DNA of 59,949 bases from Vermamoeba vermiformis (Eukaryota). The stretch lies in NCBI GenBank assembly GCA_045837725.1, contig JBEWZL010000179.1:682001-741949 (forward strand). The letters run 5' to 3'. The notes beneath the pieces are model-generated. The model was not told where the DNA came from. It saw only the letters and a program-made list of their open reading frames with translations, and ran no database searches. A program made the translations under genes and the position numbers. Position 1 is the stretch's first letter. Every line of letters starts with the position of its first letter. Of the stretch, positions 25,968 to 40,022 are shown piece by piece.

Positions 25968-27693
25968 ATGTCGGACACATCTATTCGCATCGATCGTTCA
26001 TATAACGAAAAGACGCCCTTAATCCAATCGTCGACCCTAAATAATGCTCCACAGGTCAACCTTGACGTAGACGATTTGCAAAAGACGCCACTATATTACC
26101 AGAGTATGTGCGCTATTTTAGATAATATTTTCAGTATTTTTAAATAATTTCTAGCGGCTCTCACGATGGATCTGTCACGCAGCCTGTCGCCTTCAGAGTT
26201 GGGCGAATCCACGATTAGAGAACGCAAGGTCCACTTCGAAAATGATTCACCAGACTTACGCCGGTCCTTGTCATTGTCTAATGACCGCAAGAAGATAAAA
26301 TTGCACGGTAAATGGCTCGATCCAAATTTTTGCTAATCTTTGTGAAATCTTTTGCAATTTACCATAAAAAACATTGCTAATGATCACTAATAGGACATCA
26401 AAGCTACGCAAAAGCACGAAGAAATCCTAAAACGAAGCTCACGAAGACTGTTTCCTTTGCTCCTGAACCAAATCCAAACATCGAGCTGACAAAAGCGCAA
26501 GATCTGAATGAGACGAGCAATCTCACTAACGGTGCATTCATTGGTCGTTTGAGCTCTTATTGCGTCAGTAATGGTTTCAATCGCTCAGAACTGCGCCGAT
26601 TTTTGAAGAGAAAATACAACTGTCAGCGATTGCGCGAAGTTTTGTATTTTTCATTGGTACGTCTTTATGCGCTAGGTACTACTAGTATGGGCACATTATA
26701 ATACTTTGCTAGCCCAAGAAGAGTCCTTCGTCAGATCCAGGCAGCATTTTCGTCTTTCCCTACGGTAAATATTTTGGCTCCAGATCGCGTGCCACGAAAG
26801 TAAGTTTTTAATGTAGTATGCATCATTAGGTGTTGTAGTCTTTTGGGATTTGACCTTGTTGTCCGAGAGAGAAATTATGAAGGATATTGAGGCATTTAGA
26901 GAAGGTACTAGGAGCTACAAGTTGGCCTTGAATTTCTCTAACGGTTTTATTGCTAGATCCGTACAGAGACTTTGAATACGATGATATGGGCTACACTTAC
27001 GGCGAAAAGCTTAAGATAACTAATGATGAGATTGTATTGGACAATGAAAACGTATTGACTAAGCTGGCAGTTTCACATGGTGAGTCCGATCTCAATCTGT
27101 TTATTCAGAACAGATTGCTGATCCAATTAACAGGCGTTGCACAATCTACAAAGCTAGCACACTTCGAAAAGAGTACTGATGATATGATCATGTCTGTGGG
27201 TCATTATCCAACGGATCTGGCTCGGCGTGGCAAGATCGGAGTTGACCGCAAAGAAATCTACCGAAAAATGGGCGCTTTATTCCTTCATAAGACGCAATTC
27301 AATCTTAATAGTGATATCTTAGATATTCCTGAATTCTTCTGGGAGTATCCTGACATCGTAAGCCCCGCACTTAATTACCTGGATCGCAACAGGTCTAACC
27401 ATTCTGCTACTAGCAACACTACTGGAAGATGATTGCGAATTATTTGGACATTAATCAACGCGTCGATGTGCTGAACAGACGCTTGGAGGTCGTGCAGCAG
27501 TTATTTGGTGAGTTGCGTCCACGATCATTATTTGTTTGGTACTAATCTTATCAACACAGATATGCTGAACAATGAGATTAGAGCGCAACACGACACTCGC
27601 CTCGAATGGCTCGTTATTGGCCTGATGATCGTTGAAGTGTTGGTTGAGGTGCTCGGATTCCTGTTAGAATATTTTGTACCTCCGAAGCATTGA
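25968..27693 (+). CDS. RMD1/RMND1/Sif2 family (DUF155) protein with C-terminal TM
   Basis: LSSYC, IFVFPYGVVVFW, KLAVSHGVAQSTKL, LNSDILDIPEFFWEYP, YLDINQRVDVLNRRL and LEWLVIGLMIVEV. Confidence 0.9.
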
Positions 27694-27786
27694 GACTAAC
27701 AATACAATTGATTTATTATTAATAATAGAGCCATAAATAACACTGATAATGCAACAGTGTATTATGAGATACTAGTAGCGAGGTTT

Positions 27787-29981
27787 TTACTGGCTGAGGA
27801 GCACGATCTCTTTTTCGACAGGGAACTCAATGGTGTAGTAATAGTACAAACGCACTTCTTTGCCGGGCTCCAAGCGCAACTTCCAGACCAAATGATTGTT
27901 CTCGTCAGTGCTCACTTCGTTACTCTGCAATGTGGCTAGTTAGCACTGCTCTAGCAGAATGCAGTAGTCTCCAACTTACCTTGCCGAGTTGAGGCTCGTG
28001 CAACTTGACCTTGATGCGCTCGTCGGTGGTCATGGGCAATTGATCCTTGGCCACAATGTCGATCTAAAAGACAGACTACGTAAGGTATTGCTAGGGATTG
28101 TATAACTGCTGATAAGACTTACAGCGACAGGCTTGGTGTTCTTGATGACAATTGCGTTCTTATAGTCCTGAGTCTTGGACTTCTTGATCAGACCTGACTT
28201 GCCAGCGAGTTGTTCCTGTGGCTTCAACTCGACTTGAATCGTCTCATCCACACCCAAATAGAGCGTGATTTCTTCGCTGGGGTTAGTGTGTTTGAGCGCT
28301 GATTGGGCCAAGAAGAAATTGTCCAAGAAGACGTTCATTTGACCAGGCAACAACTGGTACTCGCTGATGTTCTTAGCCACAGCCTTCATGTAGGCGTTGG
28401 GAGACAGCGCAGGTACGGTCTCGTAAGAGATGGCGACGGTGAGGTCGAGAATGATAATCGACACTTTGTGTGGCTTGTTGTCTGCTTCAATGGTAGCAGC
28501 ACGAGGAATGCGGTAAGTGGCGCTGCCCATGCCCTTCTCGACCTGCGTGCCCATGATCTGCACAGGAGTGTCGTCAAGGGGTAGTGCGCTATTGCTACGG
28601 CCGCGAGCAGAAGATTTGGAGTCCTCAGCCTCAACAAACGACATGAGGACACTAGTGCGACGTTGAAGAGTTTTGGGGACTGAGCGTGTGACAACAGCTG
28701 GTAATGCATAGTTTAGCAGAAGTTCTGCGAGGGGAATTCAATTCTACTTACGCAATTCGTCCTTGAACTTGATGACGCACGTGGGCAAGTTGGGAGGCTG
28801 ACCACCCAACGAAGGTCTGGCGGTAGAAAGTGCCATGCTGACATTGTTCCAGTTCTCGCCAGTGCCGTTGGTGATCACACCGTAGTACTGCAAGGAACAC
28901 TTGGGCTTGCCATCAGCCGTCTTGGTGGTGACGCGCACATCGTACGAGCTCTGCCATGAAGCGCCGTGCACAACGTAGCTGTCGGGTAGAGGTTAGTACT
29001 GCAGTGATTTAAAGCTCGTGTGAGATACGCACCTGATTTGCAAGGTCAAGGTAGTGTTGCCAGGCGAGTAGAGCGAGATGGTGACTTGACGAGTCCAGTA
29101 ATTCACCGCTAATCTGCTGGCATTGATCTCAGCGTTCAAAGCAGTCTTCTCCTTGTTCAACTTGCTCAGCTCGGAGTTGAAGCCCTTGGCTTTCTTGTCG
29201 AGACGCTCAAGCTGCTCTTGGTAGAAGTTCATGAAGGCACTCACTTCGTCGAGAGTCAGCTTGTTGTGCTCGCCTACAACAGCCTTGTGTTGAGAGTAGG
29301 TAGAGAGCCACTCTCGTTCTTTCTATAATGGAAATATTTAAGCAAAGTCACGGGTATTGTCGGCGGATCGTGAAAGACTTACATTCACACGCTCGCGGCT
29401 AGTGTTGAGTTCGGCGATTTGAGCATCAATCTCAGCAATGCGGTCTAGCTTTTGTTGAGAGGGAGTGCTTGCTGGTTCCGTAATGTATTTTTGTTCGTAC
29501 GCAACCTCGAGGATCGTGGCTTTGCCCGCACCTCCGGAAACCCGAACGCTATTTTGATCGACTGATCAAAAGTTAGAACCCAATCGCTTAGAAATATCTA
29601 CTGACCGTTTTCAGAGAGGCCTGAGATTACAACCTGCTGGACGCCTGGATTTGGTATCCGTTAGTCTTGAATTTTTAAACAGCCTTTTTTTAATAATTTG
29701 AAATATTAAATAAATTCCTTAAAAATTGCCATTACTCGTAATTTCTTACCTTCTTTCTCAATATTCACTTTCAAAGTTCTGGTTATTTCTGCTCGATCGG
29801 AATAAACCGTTACAAAGTCGCAGGTAGTATCTTCGAGCTTGAGATTGTGCACAATATCGGTTTGCTTCGAAAGGATATCTCCAACGTCGGCAGACTGGAC
29901 GGAGTCTTTATTGCTGGATTTGTCTCGCTTATGCTTGTCCTTCTTATCTTTGTCCTTGTGGTCCTTATCTTTGTGCTCCAT
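27787..29981 (-). CDS. DUF4140/DUF4139 (mucoidy inhibitor MuiA / F37C4.5-like) protein
   Basis: VTVYSDRAEITR, YVVHGASWQSSYDVRV, NGTGENWNNVSMALSTARP, TIEADNKPHKV, LLPGQMNVFLD and LYLGVD. Confidence 0.9.
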
Positions 29982-30421
29982 TATAACTTGGAATTACAGG
30001 TGAGGTATTGTTGCGGTTCAACACGTATGTAATTAAAAGTAAAGATTTTTTGAAACTACTTTGCCCGAGCGTTTCAACAAAAGACGTCTCGTGTCAGAAA
30101 AATGTTGGAACCTGCATTTGAGTGCGAGTTGCGTGTTCCATTTACAGACACTTGTTTTGTGGAAGGATTTTGGTGATTTCGTGAAACCGATCGAAACATC
30201 CGATCGGATTTCTAGAAGGTGGTGACTTTAGAGGGAGCAAATTTCAGATTAGCTGTAAATTAAGTGAAGCCGAACAATTTTCGGCAGCCCGGTGCGGTAC
30301 TCGGGAGATTTCCGCCGTCTAGAACCCGATCGCCGCGCCGGGACTAAGTTTAAATACTGGTAGAATCGAATTGTAACAATCATTCAATTGAACAACAACT
30401 ACACAAACCATCCACTACACG

Positions 30422-31695
30422 ATGTCATCTGAACAATTCCACGCCTGGGCAGCCAAAGAACCCAAAGGTCAATTAGAGCCATGGAGTTATACTCCTCGCC
30501 CTCTTGGTCCCCGTGACGTAGAAATTAATATTACCCATTGTGGTATCTGTGGTACTGGTAAGAATTCACGAACGCAATTGCGATGGCCGATCTGCTAACT
30601 CAATTTCAGATGTTCACCAGATAGACGGCGGCTGGGGGCCGTTGAAAACTCAATACCCACTTGTTCCTGGTAAGTCTGTATGTTCTACCATTATCCTTAC
30701 TGATATTGGGAAGGACACGAAATTATAGGACATGTCACGAAGATCGGATCGGAAGTTACCCGGTTCACCATTGGTGACAGAGTGGGTGTCGGTGCACAAT
30801 GCCAATCTTGCCATGATTGTGATAACTGCAGCGCACATTTGGAAGCTTATTGCCACAAGGTTGTCGTGACGTACAACGGAGTTTACCCTGACGGCCAGCT
30901 GTCCTACGGAGGCTACGCTGAGTAAGTTTTAAAAAGAATTCAAGTTTCGTTACTTACTCTTTTTGGAATTTCAGAAATGTTCGTGTCGACGAGCGCTTTA
31001 CTTTCAAGATCCCTGACAACTTGAAATCCGAAGAAGCAGCACCTCTCTTGTGTGCCGGTATTACCGTCTACTCACCACTCAAATACTACGGCGCAGCACC
31101 CAACAAGAAGGTTGGTATTATTGGCATCGGTGGTCTCGGTCACTTGGGCATCAAGTTCGCTCGTGCTTTGGGCTCTCAAGTCTACGCGATCTCAACTTCT
31201 GCCTCGAAAGAAAAAGAAGCCAGTTCACTGGGCGCTCATCACTTCATCAACACTAAGGACAAGGAAAGCTTTGCCAAGCACCAAGGGCAGCTTGACTTGA
31301 TCATTTGCACTATCAATGGCAGCGGCATCAATTGGGACGCATACTTGAGTTTGTTGGCTCGTGACGGAACTTTCGCTCTTGTTGGTGCACCTGAAGAGGA
31401 CCTCAAGTTCAATGGATTTAACTTAATATTCAGGTAAGTCTAGTCGTTATTTGAGGTATAGTAGTGTCTTATCTGTGGCTTATATAGACGTGCCAAGGTC
31501 GGTGGCTCGTTGATCGGCAGTCCCGATGAGATCGAGGAAATGTTGCAAGTTGCCAGCAGAAATGGATTCGGTGCTAACGTGCAAGTGTTCCCTATTGAGA
31601 AGGTGAACGAAGCGATCGAAGGCCTCCGCAAAGGCAATCCTCGATACCGTTACGTCTTGCAATTGAAACAAGGCTCCAACTCTTCCACTTTGTAA
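30422..31695 (+). CDS. NADP-dependent Zn alcohol dehydrogenase (cinnamyl alcohol dehydrogenase / Adh6-like)
   Basis: CGICGTD, GHEIIG, GDRVGVG, four-Cys structural Zn cluster, APLLCAGITVYSPL, GIGGLGHLG and RYRYVL. Confidence 0.95.
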
Positions 31696-31740
31696 ATATT
31701 CGCTCTTGTCTATAAATATATTTACATATTTCACACGGTA

Positions 31741-33960
31741 TTATTCGTCATTGCTTGAATCTTCGCTGTCATTGTCTTCGCTTATATCACTCTCGCTGCT
31801 TTGTTCGCTATCTTCGCTCTCACTGTCTTTTTCCTCCGACTCATCTGACTCTTCGATGATTAAATCTACCTGAGGCGTGGTCATTTCAACGCTTCTGCCT
31901 CGTTCTACATCGTCGTCGCCACTAGCTTTCTTTTCAGACCTTGCTGTACTGGGTCCAAGGCTCATATTTGGGTTAGTTCTAGCCGACTGAATCGAGTCCA
32001 AATTGAGATTTGAAGGCGATGAAGGTGTTTGACCAGTGCTTTTTGAGCCCTCGCTCCTTGTGCTGCCTATGGACACGGTGAGTAACCTTCATTACGACGA
32101 TTGTGGGCTTATAAACTTACGTGGTTTGGCAAGCGGCAATGAGAAGGCAAGCACTTGCACGAGACTGATCGAGATCAACAGCGAAGTGCTGATCAAGTTA
32201 GCAGACCACAAGCCCCACGGCCAGTATAAGTACTCAGTCGCTGAGAAGATGAGCAACAACACGTAGGCGAGTTCGAGTCCCGCACTCGCCATCAACATGC
32301 GAATTGCCTATTTAAATGTTAGTAATGCGGTTGTTAGGACTAACTTTTTGGGCGTACTTGAAATTTACTCTTGCCCTTGCCGTCCTGGTCCACGCGACTC
32401 TTTGCTGAGTTAAGCGTAGCTAATAGCTTCCTGCCATAGTGTAGGAAGAATATTGAGGTAAATAGCGCAACTACGGCATAAAAGACTGAAATCACAATCG
32501 TCAATGTTCCGATCGGTCCTTGTCCAAGACCACGCAATATTCCAAGCAAGAATTCGAATACCCATATGACGGAGACAATGACATAGAAAGGAATTTGCAT
32601 TTTGTTTAAGAACGAAATGGCTTTTGTCTGGCGCGAGGATAACAACTCTTTCCTAATATGGCAAATGTCAGTTTGTTTTCAATCTGATAAAGATCCCGTA
32701 AAGACTAGGAAATCATACCAATATAACGTGATCAATAGTGACGTAGTCGAGAATACGGGCACTGATATAGTGAGCATAATGTGACCCGCCATCAACGGAA
32801 AAACGAATCGACTCCAAAGCGGATCCACCGTATGATACACAACCCGCTCTAGTAATGATTTTGGTTAGTAAATATACTGCTAATTTACAACATTTCTTAC
32901 GCAGATTGCCAAAAATCTCGATCCACAAGCAGATCTGCGGAACAGTAGCTCGAGGTCCGTGTACTCGAATGTAGGTCTGTTTGTGGTATTAGGCAATGTA
33001 GTTCCTCATTTGTGCAAGAAATCTTACCGATAGCTTGTAAGCGGCTAAAATTGCAACAGCGAGGGCGTAAGCGCCAATGACAGCGCTGTAAATAGGGTAC
33101 GCCGGAGTAGCGTAGACCACTTCCCATGCACTGGGGTCTGTAAATATGACAGAAGAATTAACGCACGTAGGAAATACTATTTTCGAGATAAATACGGGAT
33201 GATCTCGTGTTCCGAACGAAACCGGATTCCAAAATTATTCAGATCCGTTACAAATCATTAATACGTACCATCATAACCAATTTCAACTATGACAGTAATA
33301 TTTGTGTTGTTTGACTGCATGTAATTGATTACGTTCAAAAAGTCCAGGTAACCAACGTCCCAGACTGGGATCGTGATATCAGAAATGTCGGAACCATCTC
33401 TAAGTCTATTGATAAGGCCAGGGAACCCTATTATAATGAGTTGAGTGCACTTTCATCTTGCAAATGTTCGCGGCAGGATCCAAAAGTCTCGCTTTACGGG
33501 CACATACTCGAAAACTTGGCACAATTTACATATCCGATAATTCCCTTTGATAACTGACTTCTTATTTGCTGCTCAGTGCTATAATATATTGCGTGAGTAA
33601 TTTAAAATTTATCGTATTTACTTTCCGCAGATCGGGTGAATCATCGTGAACAAGACTTACGTTCCAACATTAATATTGCAGCCAAGCATAATGCTTCCTT
33701 CAGTTGGGCCAGCTTTATCAGTAAAAGTACCGACGAGGCGAGCTCGTAGAGGAACGGATGTGTTACTAAATAAATACCGTAAATAAATCAAAAAATTGAA
33801 ACAATATTTTGCGTAAATCTTACATATTTTTTCCATATCTATCAATCCAAGGGCTATTATAAAAACCGGCAAACTGCTCTGGCTCGATCACACGAAGCCC
33901 TTGCACCCCAACTGAAACCGCTATAAATAATAGGCAAACAATGAACACATTTCGCTTCAT
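31741..33960 (-). CDS. Signal peptide + PA-like ectodomain + multi-pass (7TM-like, THH1/TOM1/GPR137-type) membrane protein with acidic tail
   Basis: MKRNVFIVCLLFIAVSVG signal; PGLINRL.DGSDISDITIPVWDV (PA-like); several hydrophobic helices in exons between 32120 and 33140; Ser/Asp/Glu-rich C-terminus. Confidence 0.65.
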
Positions 33961-34099
33961 TGTGTTGGTTATCACGGAAAACAGGTGGACTGAAACAAAA
34001 AAACTCTTATTCGCAAACATGTTTGGTCACCTTCCAAAAATAGCAAAAAATTTTATTTGTGCGCGTGGAGGTTAGACAGACTTTATAATAATCCCTCAT

Positions 34100-35391
34100 C
34101 TAAAGCTTTTCGAATACCTTCTTTAATGGGTAAGGGCTGAAAGTTGATGGCTTGATATGTGGCGGTCGACAACAAACAAACGTTTTCCGGTCTTGGTACA
34201 TCTGGCACGACGTTAGACCAATGCAGAGCTTCTGGTTGACCATACCTTTTACTATTGCCTTGGAGCTGACAGATTTAATCAGCCGAGTATCGAATCCTCC
34301 CATTTCGGCTAGTGCCAATCCGAAATCGTATCGTCTAGTAATCAAGTTGGAGTTAACTGAATTCTTGCTATTCAATCCACTTACGAGGCTTGGATGGGGC
34401 CTGCAACATGCCAAACTTTGCTGAGATCAAGTGAATCTTTTAATAATAGCTCAATAATCATGCTTGCGACGTCAGTACCGAGACAAAAGCTTCTGTATTC
34501 ATCGTGGAATAGTTCTAAAGTTTCTCCCCTCTTCAATGCATCGTACATTATCTGAAAAAATCCTCCTCCGAGTCCATAAGAGACGGACAACCTAAGCACT
34601 AGGAAGCGTCAATACACTATTATTATTGCGACTGAGATGTCTCTACCCAATGATTTGCCCAGTAATAGCTTTTCCGCGTTTAGTTTGGATTCACCGTAGA
34701 TTGTTGTTGGGCATGGGGCGCTATTAACGTCATAAGGACCGTGTTTGCCGTCAAATACCTTGGACAAAGTCACGTGATTGCTCTCCAGTGGTAGAGATTA
34801 ACTTACCAAATCAGTTGATGTGTAGCATACTCGTGCATTAAGTTCATAAGCTAATTTAGCCAGTTCATGAGGAATCTCCGTATTAATTTTAACATACTCT
34901 TCGTGCTGCTCCTTTGGTGGATTATATCTAACCACGTTAGTTGCCTTCAAGAGTAAAGCGAGTACCTACACAGTCTTCCCGGCAAGTAGTATTACATAAT
35001 TGGGCTTAAATTCTAATAGTAACTGTTTGGCACGATCGAGTTGAGTGAGCAGATCCACCTTTGTGCTGTGACTTACTAATTAGAAAATATTATTATTGTA
35101 TTTTCTATAAATACCTCGTTACATGCTCGCAAATCTGTATTTCTTTTCTGCGTGGGTTATTCATGTCAGATCAAAAAAATAAATTGAAATTTTTACAGGC
35201 CGCCAAAAAAATCTAACTTCTGCTAAGAAGTATATCTTAAAGACTGTAAAATCCAGCGTGCTAGATATTTAGGATTACCGCCCAAAAGCAAGAATTCTAC
35301 ACCGATCTCCGAACTTCGCCATTAATGCCCGACAAATCCTCCTTCCTAAGAAGCCAGTAGCACCTGTTATAGCGAATCTTAATTCTTCCAT
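34100..35391 (-). CDS. RmlD / MAT2B-like extended SDR (dTDP-4-dehydrorhamnose reductase family)
   Basis: FAITGATGFLG, YTSTDLVFDG, YGESK (YxxxK), LRLS, LFHDEYRS and WHVAG...RYDFG. Confidence 0.88.
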
Positions 35392-35424
35392 TGTTTGTAG
35401 TCGAGTTAAAAAACAAAATTAGAT

Positions 35425-37950
35425 TTATTTCGAGGCTTTCTTGGTCGTCTTTTTGCTGACGGTTTTAGGTTGTTCGGTAATTACAGGAACATTGCGGCTA
35501 TTGTCAATAATAATGCGTGCTTCACCACTCTCCAATTTTCGTCGCTTTTCGGACAATTTGTCAATTTGTTCTTGGCGCATTCGTTTGCCGAGCTTGCCAC
35601 GCTCCAACAGACGTCTCTTTTTGACGGGCATCAAACCTTCGACCATTTCCTCGCGTTGCTTTTCTTCTTCGCGGGCAATCTCGGCCTTGCTCTTCGTGGT
35701 TTTAGCCTTCTTGGTGACTTCGTAGTTACCTTTCTTCTCAGCCTTGAGTTCTTCCAAGTACTTTTGTTCGTCTTCATCGCCGTTCTCGGCCTCTTCGTCA
35801 ATGCTGCTGCTCTCGTCTTCGCTGATCTCAGGCTCGCCGTCGTCTTCAATAATTTCTTCCTCTTCATCGCTATCATTGTTAGCGTCGTCGTTGCCGTTAG
35901 CGTCGTTTTGGACGGGCTTGACGGTAGCTTGAGGCTCTTCCTCTTCAGCAGAGACTTCTTCACCGTTCTGAATGCGAATAAATCTCTCCAATTTGTGTCT
36001 GTAAGCGGGGATGTAACCTTCAGCCTCGTCATCAACGAACGGACTCAAGTGAGGAGGCAGAGCAGCACCAGGGGCGTAGCCAGCAACGGGCAAACGAGCT
36101 TGAGCCTGAAAAGAGTTTTAGGCTGCAGTTCAATTGAAGATTCATAATTAGTACTTACGTTAATGCTGTCGTAGACCCATTGGGGTTGCATATATTCGCG
36201 GTTCAAGTAGCGGTGCTTTTGGAAGTCACGATCAACGATCTGATGTGTGATGCGAGTAGAGCTCTCCATAGTGTCGTCAATGATAGCTTCACCACCGTAG
36301 CTGCGAATAATGAATTCAAGGGACTCGCGAGGGGTCTTGACGAAAGTTAATCATCAGTTACGAAAATGAGGGGGAGAAGAACTTACCTCTCTGGAAATAA
36401 AGAATACACATCCCTTGAACAAGTTCTGGAAGACTTGTTGTTGTTCTCTCAACTTCTTAGTCTCTTCGTCAAACACGTCCATCTCGTCTTGATCGGCCAT
36501 GGCTTCGTCGTCGTCAGTATTGTCGAGCTTCTTCAACGTGTCACCGAGGGTAGCCAAGCGAGCTTCTGATTTTTGTTGTTGTTTCTAGAGCCGTATTTAG
36601 CAAGATTGTTCGATCAACGTTAATTTTATAGCGCAAACTTACCTTGTTTTGAGTTTTGTCCTTTCCGGTGGTCTTCTCTTTCTCGGCGGTAGGTTTGTTT
36701 TGAGCGTCAATAATAGCGCCGAACAAGATGCCTTCTTGGACCTTGGCAGTGTCGACCTTCAGAGGGTAAGACATGCCAATTGAGTGGAACAACTTGAAGT
36801 TAACGAAGCTGACTAAAACTCTGTAGATCTCCAAAAAAGTGGACATAACTTTGTAATCGACTTGCTTCTTGTTCTATAGTGATGTATGTTAGCATAAGCA
36901 ACGGAAGGGCTTATAATGCTTCGACTTACGCTCTGGGTAAATTTGTAGGGAACAATCCAAGTCACGGTTTGACCCCACACTTCAGCTTGATAGTAAATGC
37001 CCTTAATGGACAAAAACACTTTGCGAAGGGCGTTGGTCTTGATGACATAATATTGGAAGTCTCTGCAGAGGTCTTGGCATTGGCTGATAACTTCTGATGA
37101 CACGATGGCATTGGCGTGCATAGCAGCAAACTAGGGTCACATTAGCACAGCATACGTGAACATAGATATTAGCTTAGTACGTACCAAGTGTAACAAGCAC
37201 AAAGCGTCGTCCAAATCACGGATCGCGTCCACGAAGGTTGGATAACGTTCCTTAATCAAATGATTGAGACTGTACTGAGGTTTGTTGGCCTTCAACGTCT
37301 CAGCCTTGACATTGTCTTGCTTGGCAATGGCGCGCTTTAATTTCTTTTTCCAAGCGCGTTGTTCTCGCAAGACGGGAATGATTGGATCGTGCAACATAAA
37401 CTGAATGTCTTTCAAAAAGTAGTAAGTTTTGTTGGCACCTTGGGGCTTCTTTCGTGGCTCACGGGGGTAAATTCCCTTCAGAATGCAGAGTTTTCTAAAT
37501 AAAATAAAAATGCGATCAGTTTAAGATCAGATCCGAACAAGAGTTGCTCTGTGTCCTCAGGAAAGTTTAATAATATTCTCGAAAATATTCTCGTGTAAAT
37601 TTGGCAGACAATCGTTGCATAAGTGAGAAATAGTTCGCGATCGGCCAACGATCTGGATTTGTAAATAAAACCAGATAGACAAATAATTGGTATAAATAGA
37701 TGATACTAATTATAAGTAAGAGTATTTTGCAAAGACACGATTTTTTAGTACTCACCGAAACTCGGGCAATCCGATTTGCAACTTGCGAAGTGCCATGTTT
37801 CGAGTAATAAAATTGGCGGCGGCGCCCTTTTGACCCTGTAATATAATAAGCAATATTAGACTCGTCCTTCATGATTTTTAATTCAACGACTCGCGAATCG
37901 CGATCCTGATCAAGATGGGAAATTAATACCTTCTTCTCTGGCTTGCCCAT
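35425..37950 (-). CDS. PES1: Pescadillo / Nop7 ribosome biogenesis factor (BRCT domain)
   Basis: [75 protein letters not shown] and LPPHLSPFV. Confidence 0.97.
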
Positions 37951-38089
37951 TGTTTACTATGCGGTTGTTATGCTTTGTTGTATAGTACAGGAGCTAATGA
38001 ACAAAAATGACGTTTTTTCGATCGCGGACGTTTTGGATTCACAAAAAAAGGCAGGGTTTAATGTACAAAATAACAAAATTGATGATGAC

Positions 38090-40022
38090 TTAATGATCAC
38101 TTATCTTCATTGCAGCGAGTTTAGTCACTGAAACATCGCTGCGTAACTTCTTACATGCACGCACACGAGTTGGACTCGGGACTTGGTTAACTTGATTCTC
38201 CTTATCCTCTTCAGGACGAGGGCGTTTGCCCAATACTCCTCGTTTAGCTTGAACAGGTGCTGGCTTAGGGGCCTGTTGTTGGAGCCAAGGGTGTCGCAGA
38301 GCTTGTACAGCGGTCAATCTTTTCTGCGGGTCTGCTTGGAGCAGTGCCTTGATAAGGTTGATCGCTGAGAAAGAAGTGAGTAAATAGACCATATAGAAAA
38401 AGTCGAGCGAACTCACCTCCAGCGGATATATCGGACCAAGACTCCATAGGGAAGCTATAAGAAGCGCTTTCGATCTGTTCATACAGATTCATTGACGGAT
38501 TGTTCTCTTCATCAAAAGGAGTGCATCCAGAAAGCCTACAAACGTTAGAAACTCGCGTGGATGTGACATAAAAGACTTACATGATGTAGAGCATGACTCC
38601 TAAGCTCCACATATCGACGGCTTTGCTGTAGCCTGCAGAGTTGTCTGTTTTGTTTCCATAACGAATAATTTCAGGAGCAACATATTGAGGTGTGCCGCAG
38701 AGCGTTGTCATGAATTCTTTCTCTTGAATGAATCGAGCCAGACCAAAGTCTGCAATTTTAACTTGAAGAGAATTCGGATCTTTGGATACAAACAGCACGT
38801 TCTCAGGCTGCTCAAATGGTTAGCGATTGAGACCAGATAAGGGTTTCTATTACCTTTAGGTCTCTATGTACAATGTCTTGGCTGTGTAAGTAAGCTACAG
38901 CTTCTACCATTTGACGGAACACAATCTTGGCCTCGTGCTCTTTGAAAGGACCGGTATTGACCAGTCTGTCGAATAACTCGCCACCAGTAGCACTGTGCGA
39001 TGGTTAGTAACGGCTAGTATGGAGTAGTCAACAACTTACAGCTCTAAAACTATGTACAATGTATCTTCGGTGTCGTAGATCTCCAGGTAAGAAATAATAT
39101 TCACATGTTTAATTGTTCTGAGTACTTCCACTTCACGCACGATTTGTTCACGTGTCTTCGGAATGTGCCAGAACTTGCGCTTGTTAATAACTTTAACGGC
39201 AAAATATTCGCCTGTATCCTTCCGCATGGCCAACTTGACAACACTGAAGTTTCCGCTGTAAAACGTCTTATTAGAGCACTGAACAAGGCCTTGTTTACTA
39301 AATCATTAATCTTACCTTCCTAGCTCGGAAACAAAGTCGTAGTATTGGAATACTCCTTCGAGCTGCGAAGGGTTAGGTTAGTGACATGGAGCACTAGCTT
39401 GGTCTTTACATACCACTTCCTCTCGCTTTTCAATAATCTCTTTAAATACATAGCATCCAAACTCTGTCAAGTAAAGCGTGAGGGAAGAGGGGGTCAGATG
39501 TAAAGCAAAGTTGCGCTTACCTTTCTTTTCTGAATTCTTACTGACTAACGATATCTGGTCTCCAGTCCGCAGGAATGAACGGTGTCCTTTACCAACGAGG
39601 CGGCAATTCAAAAATGTTCCATTTGAGCTGAATTGCAACGGTCAATTATTAGATCGCGCCGTCGAAATACTAGGAAATTCGCTAGGTGACATTTGATGGG
39701 CTCTTACCTTAGGTCTTCAATAAAATAACGATATCCAAACTCACTTTGTGTTCTATATATTCGGCAATGGTTGCCGCTGATCCTGGGATCTTCAAAACGC
39801 ACGTCACAATCAAGTTTACGTCCAATTGTAATTGAATCTTTTTTAATTGGTATATCTACGTGCTACAAAATTATTAGCAAATAGAAAAATAATTTTGGAA
39901 GCAATTTCGCTTACCACGCTTGGATTTAATGATATTAATGAAGCAATTGTTGGCTTTTGCGGTGAGTATGACTCGTATTGGCTCGCCTCTTGGGTCGATG
40001 GTTGTGTACCTTCCCACTCCAT
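38090..40022 (-). CDS. CHEK2: Chk2/Cds1-like FHA-domain Ser/Thr kinase
   Basis: N-terminal TQ/SQ cluster ([11 protein letters not shown]); FHA motifs TIGR, ISGNHC and SSNGTF; kinase motifs [36 protein letters not shown] and VDMWSLGV. Confidence 0.85.

Noticed and set aside
30287-30308. Resemblance to the 7SL/Alu 5' end (GCCCGGTGCGG..TACTCGGGAG)
   Set aside because: The intervening Alu-domain sequence and the S domain are absent; likely coincidence.
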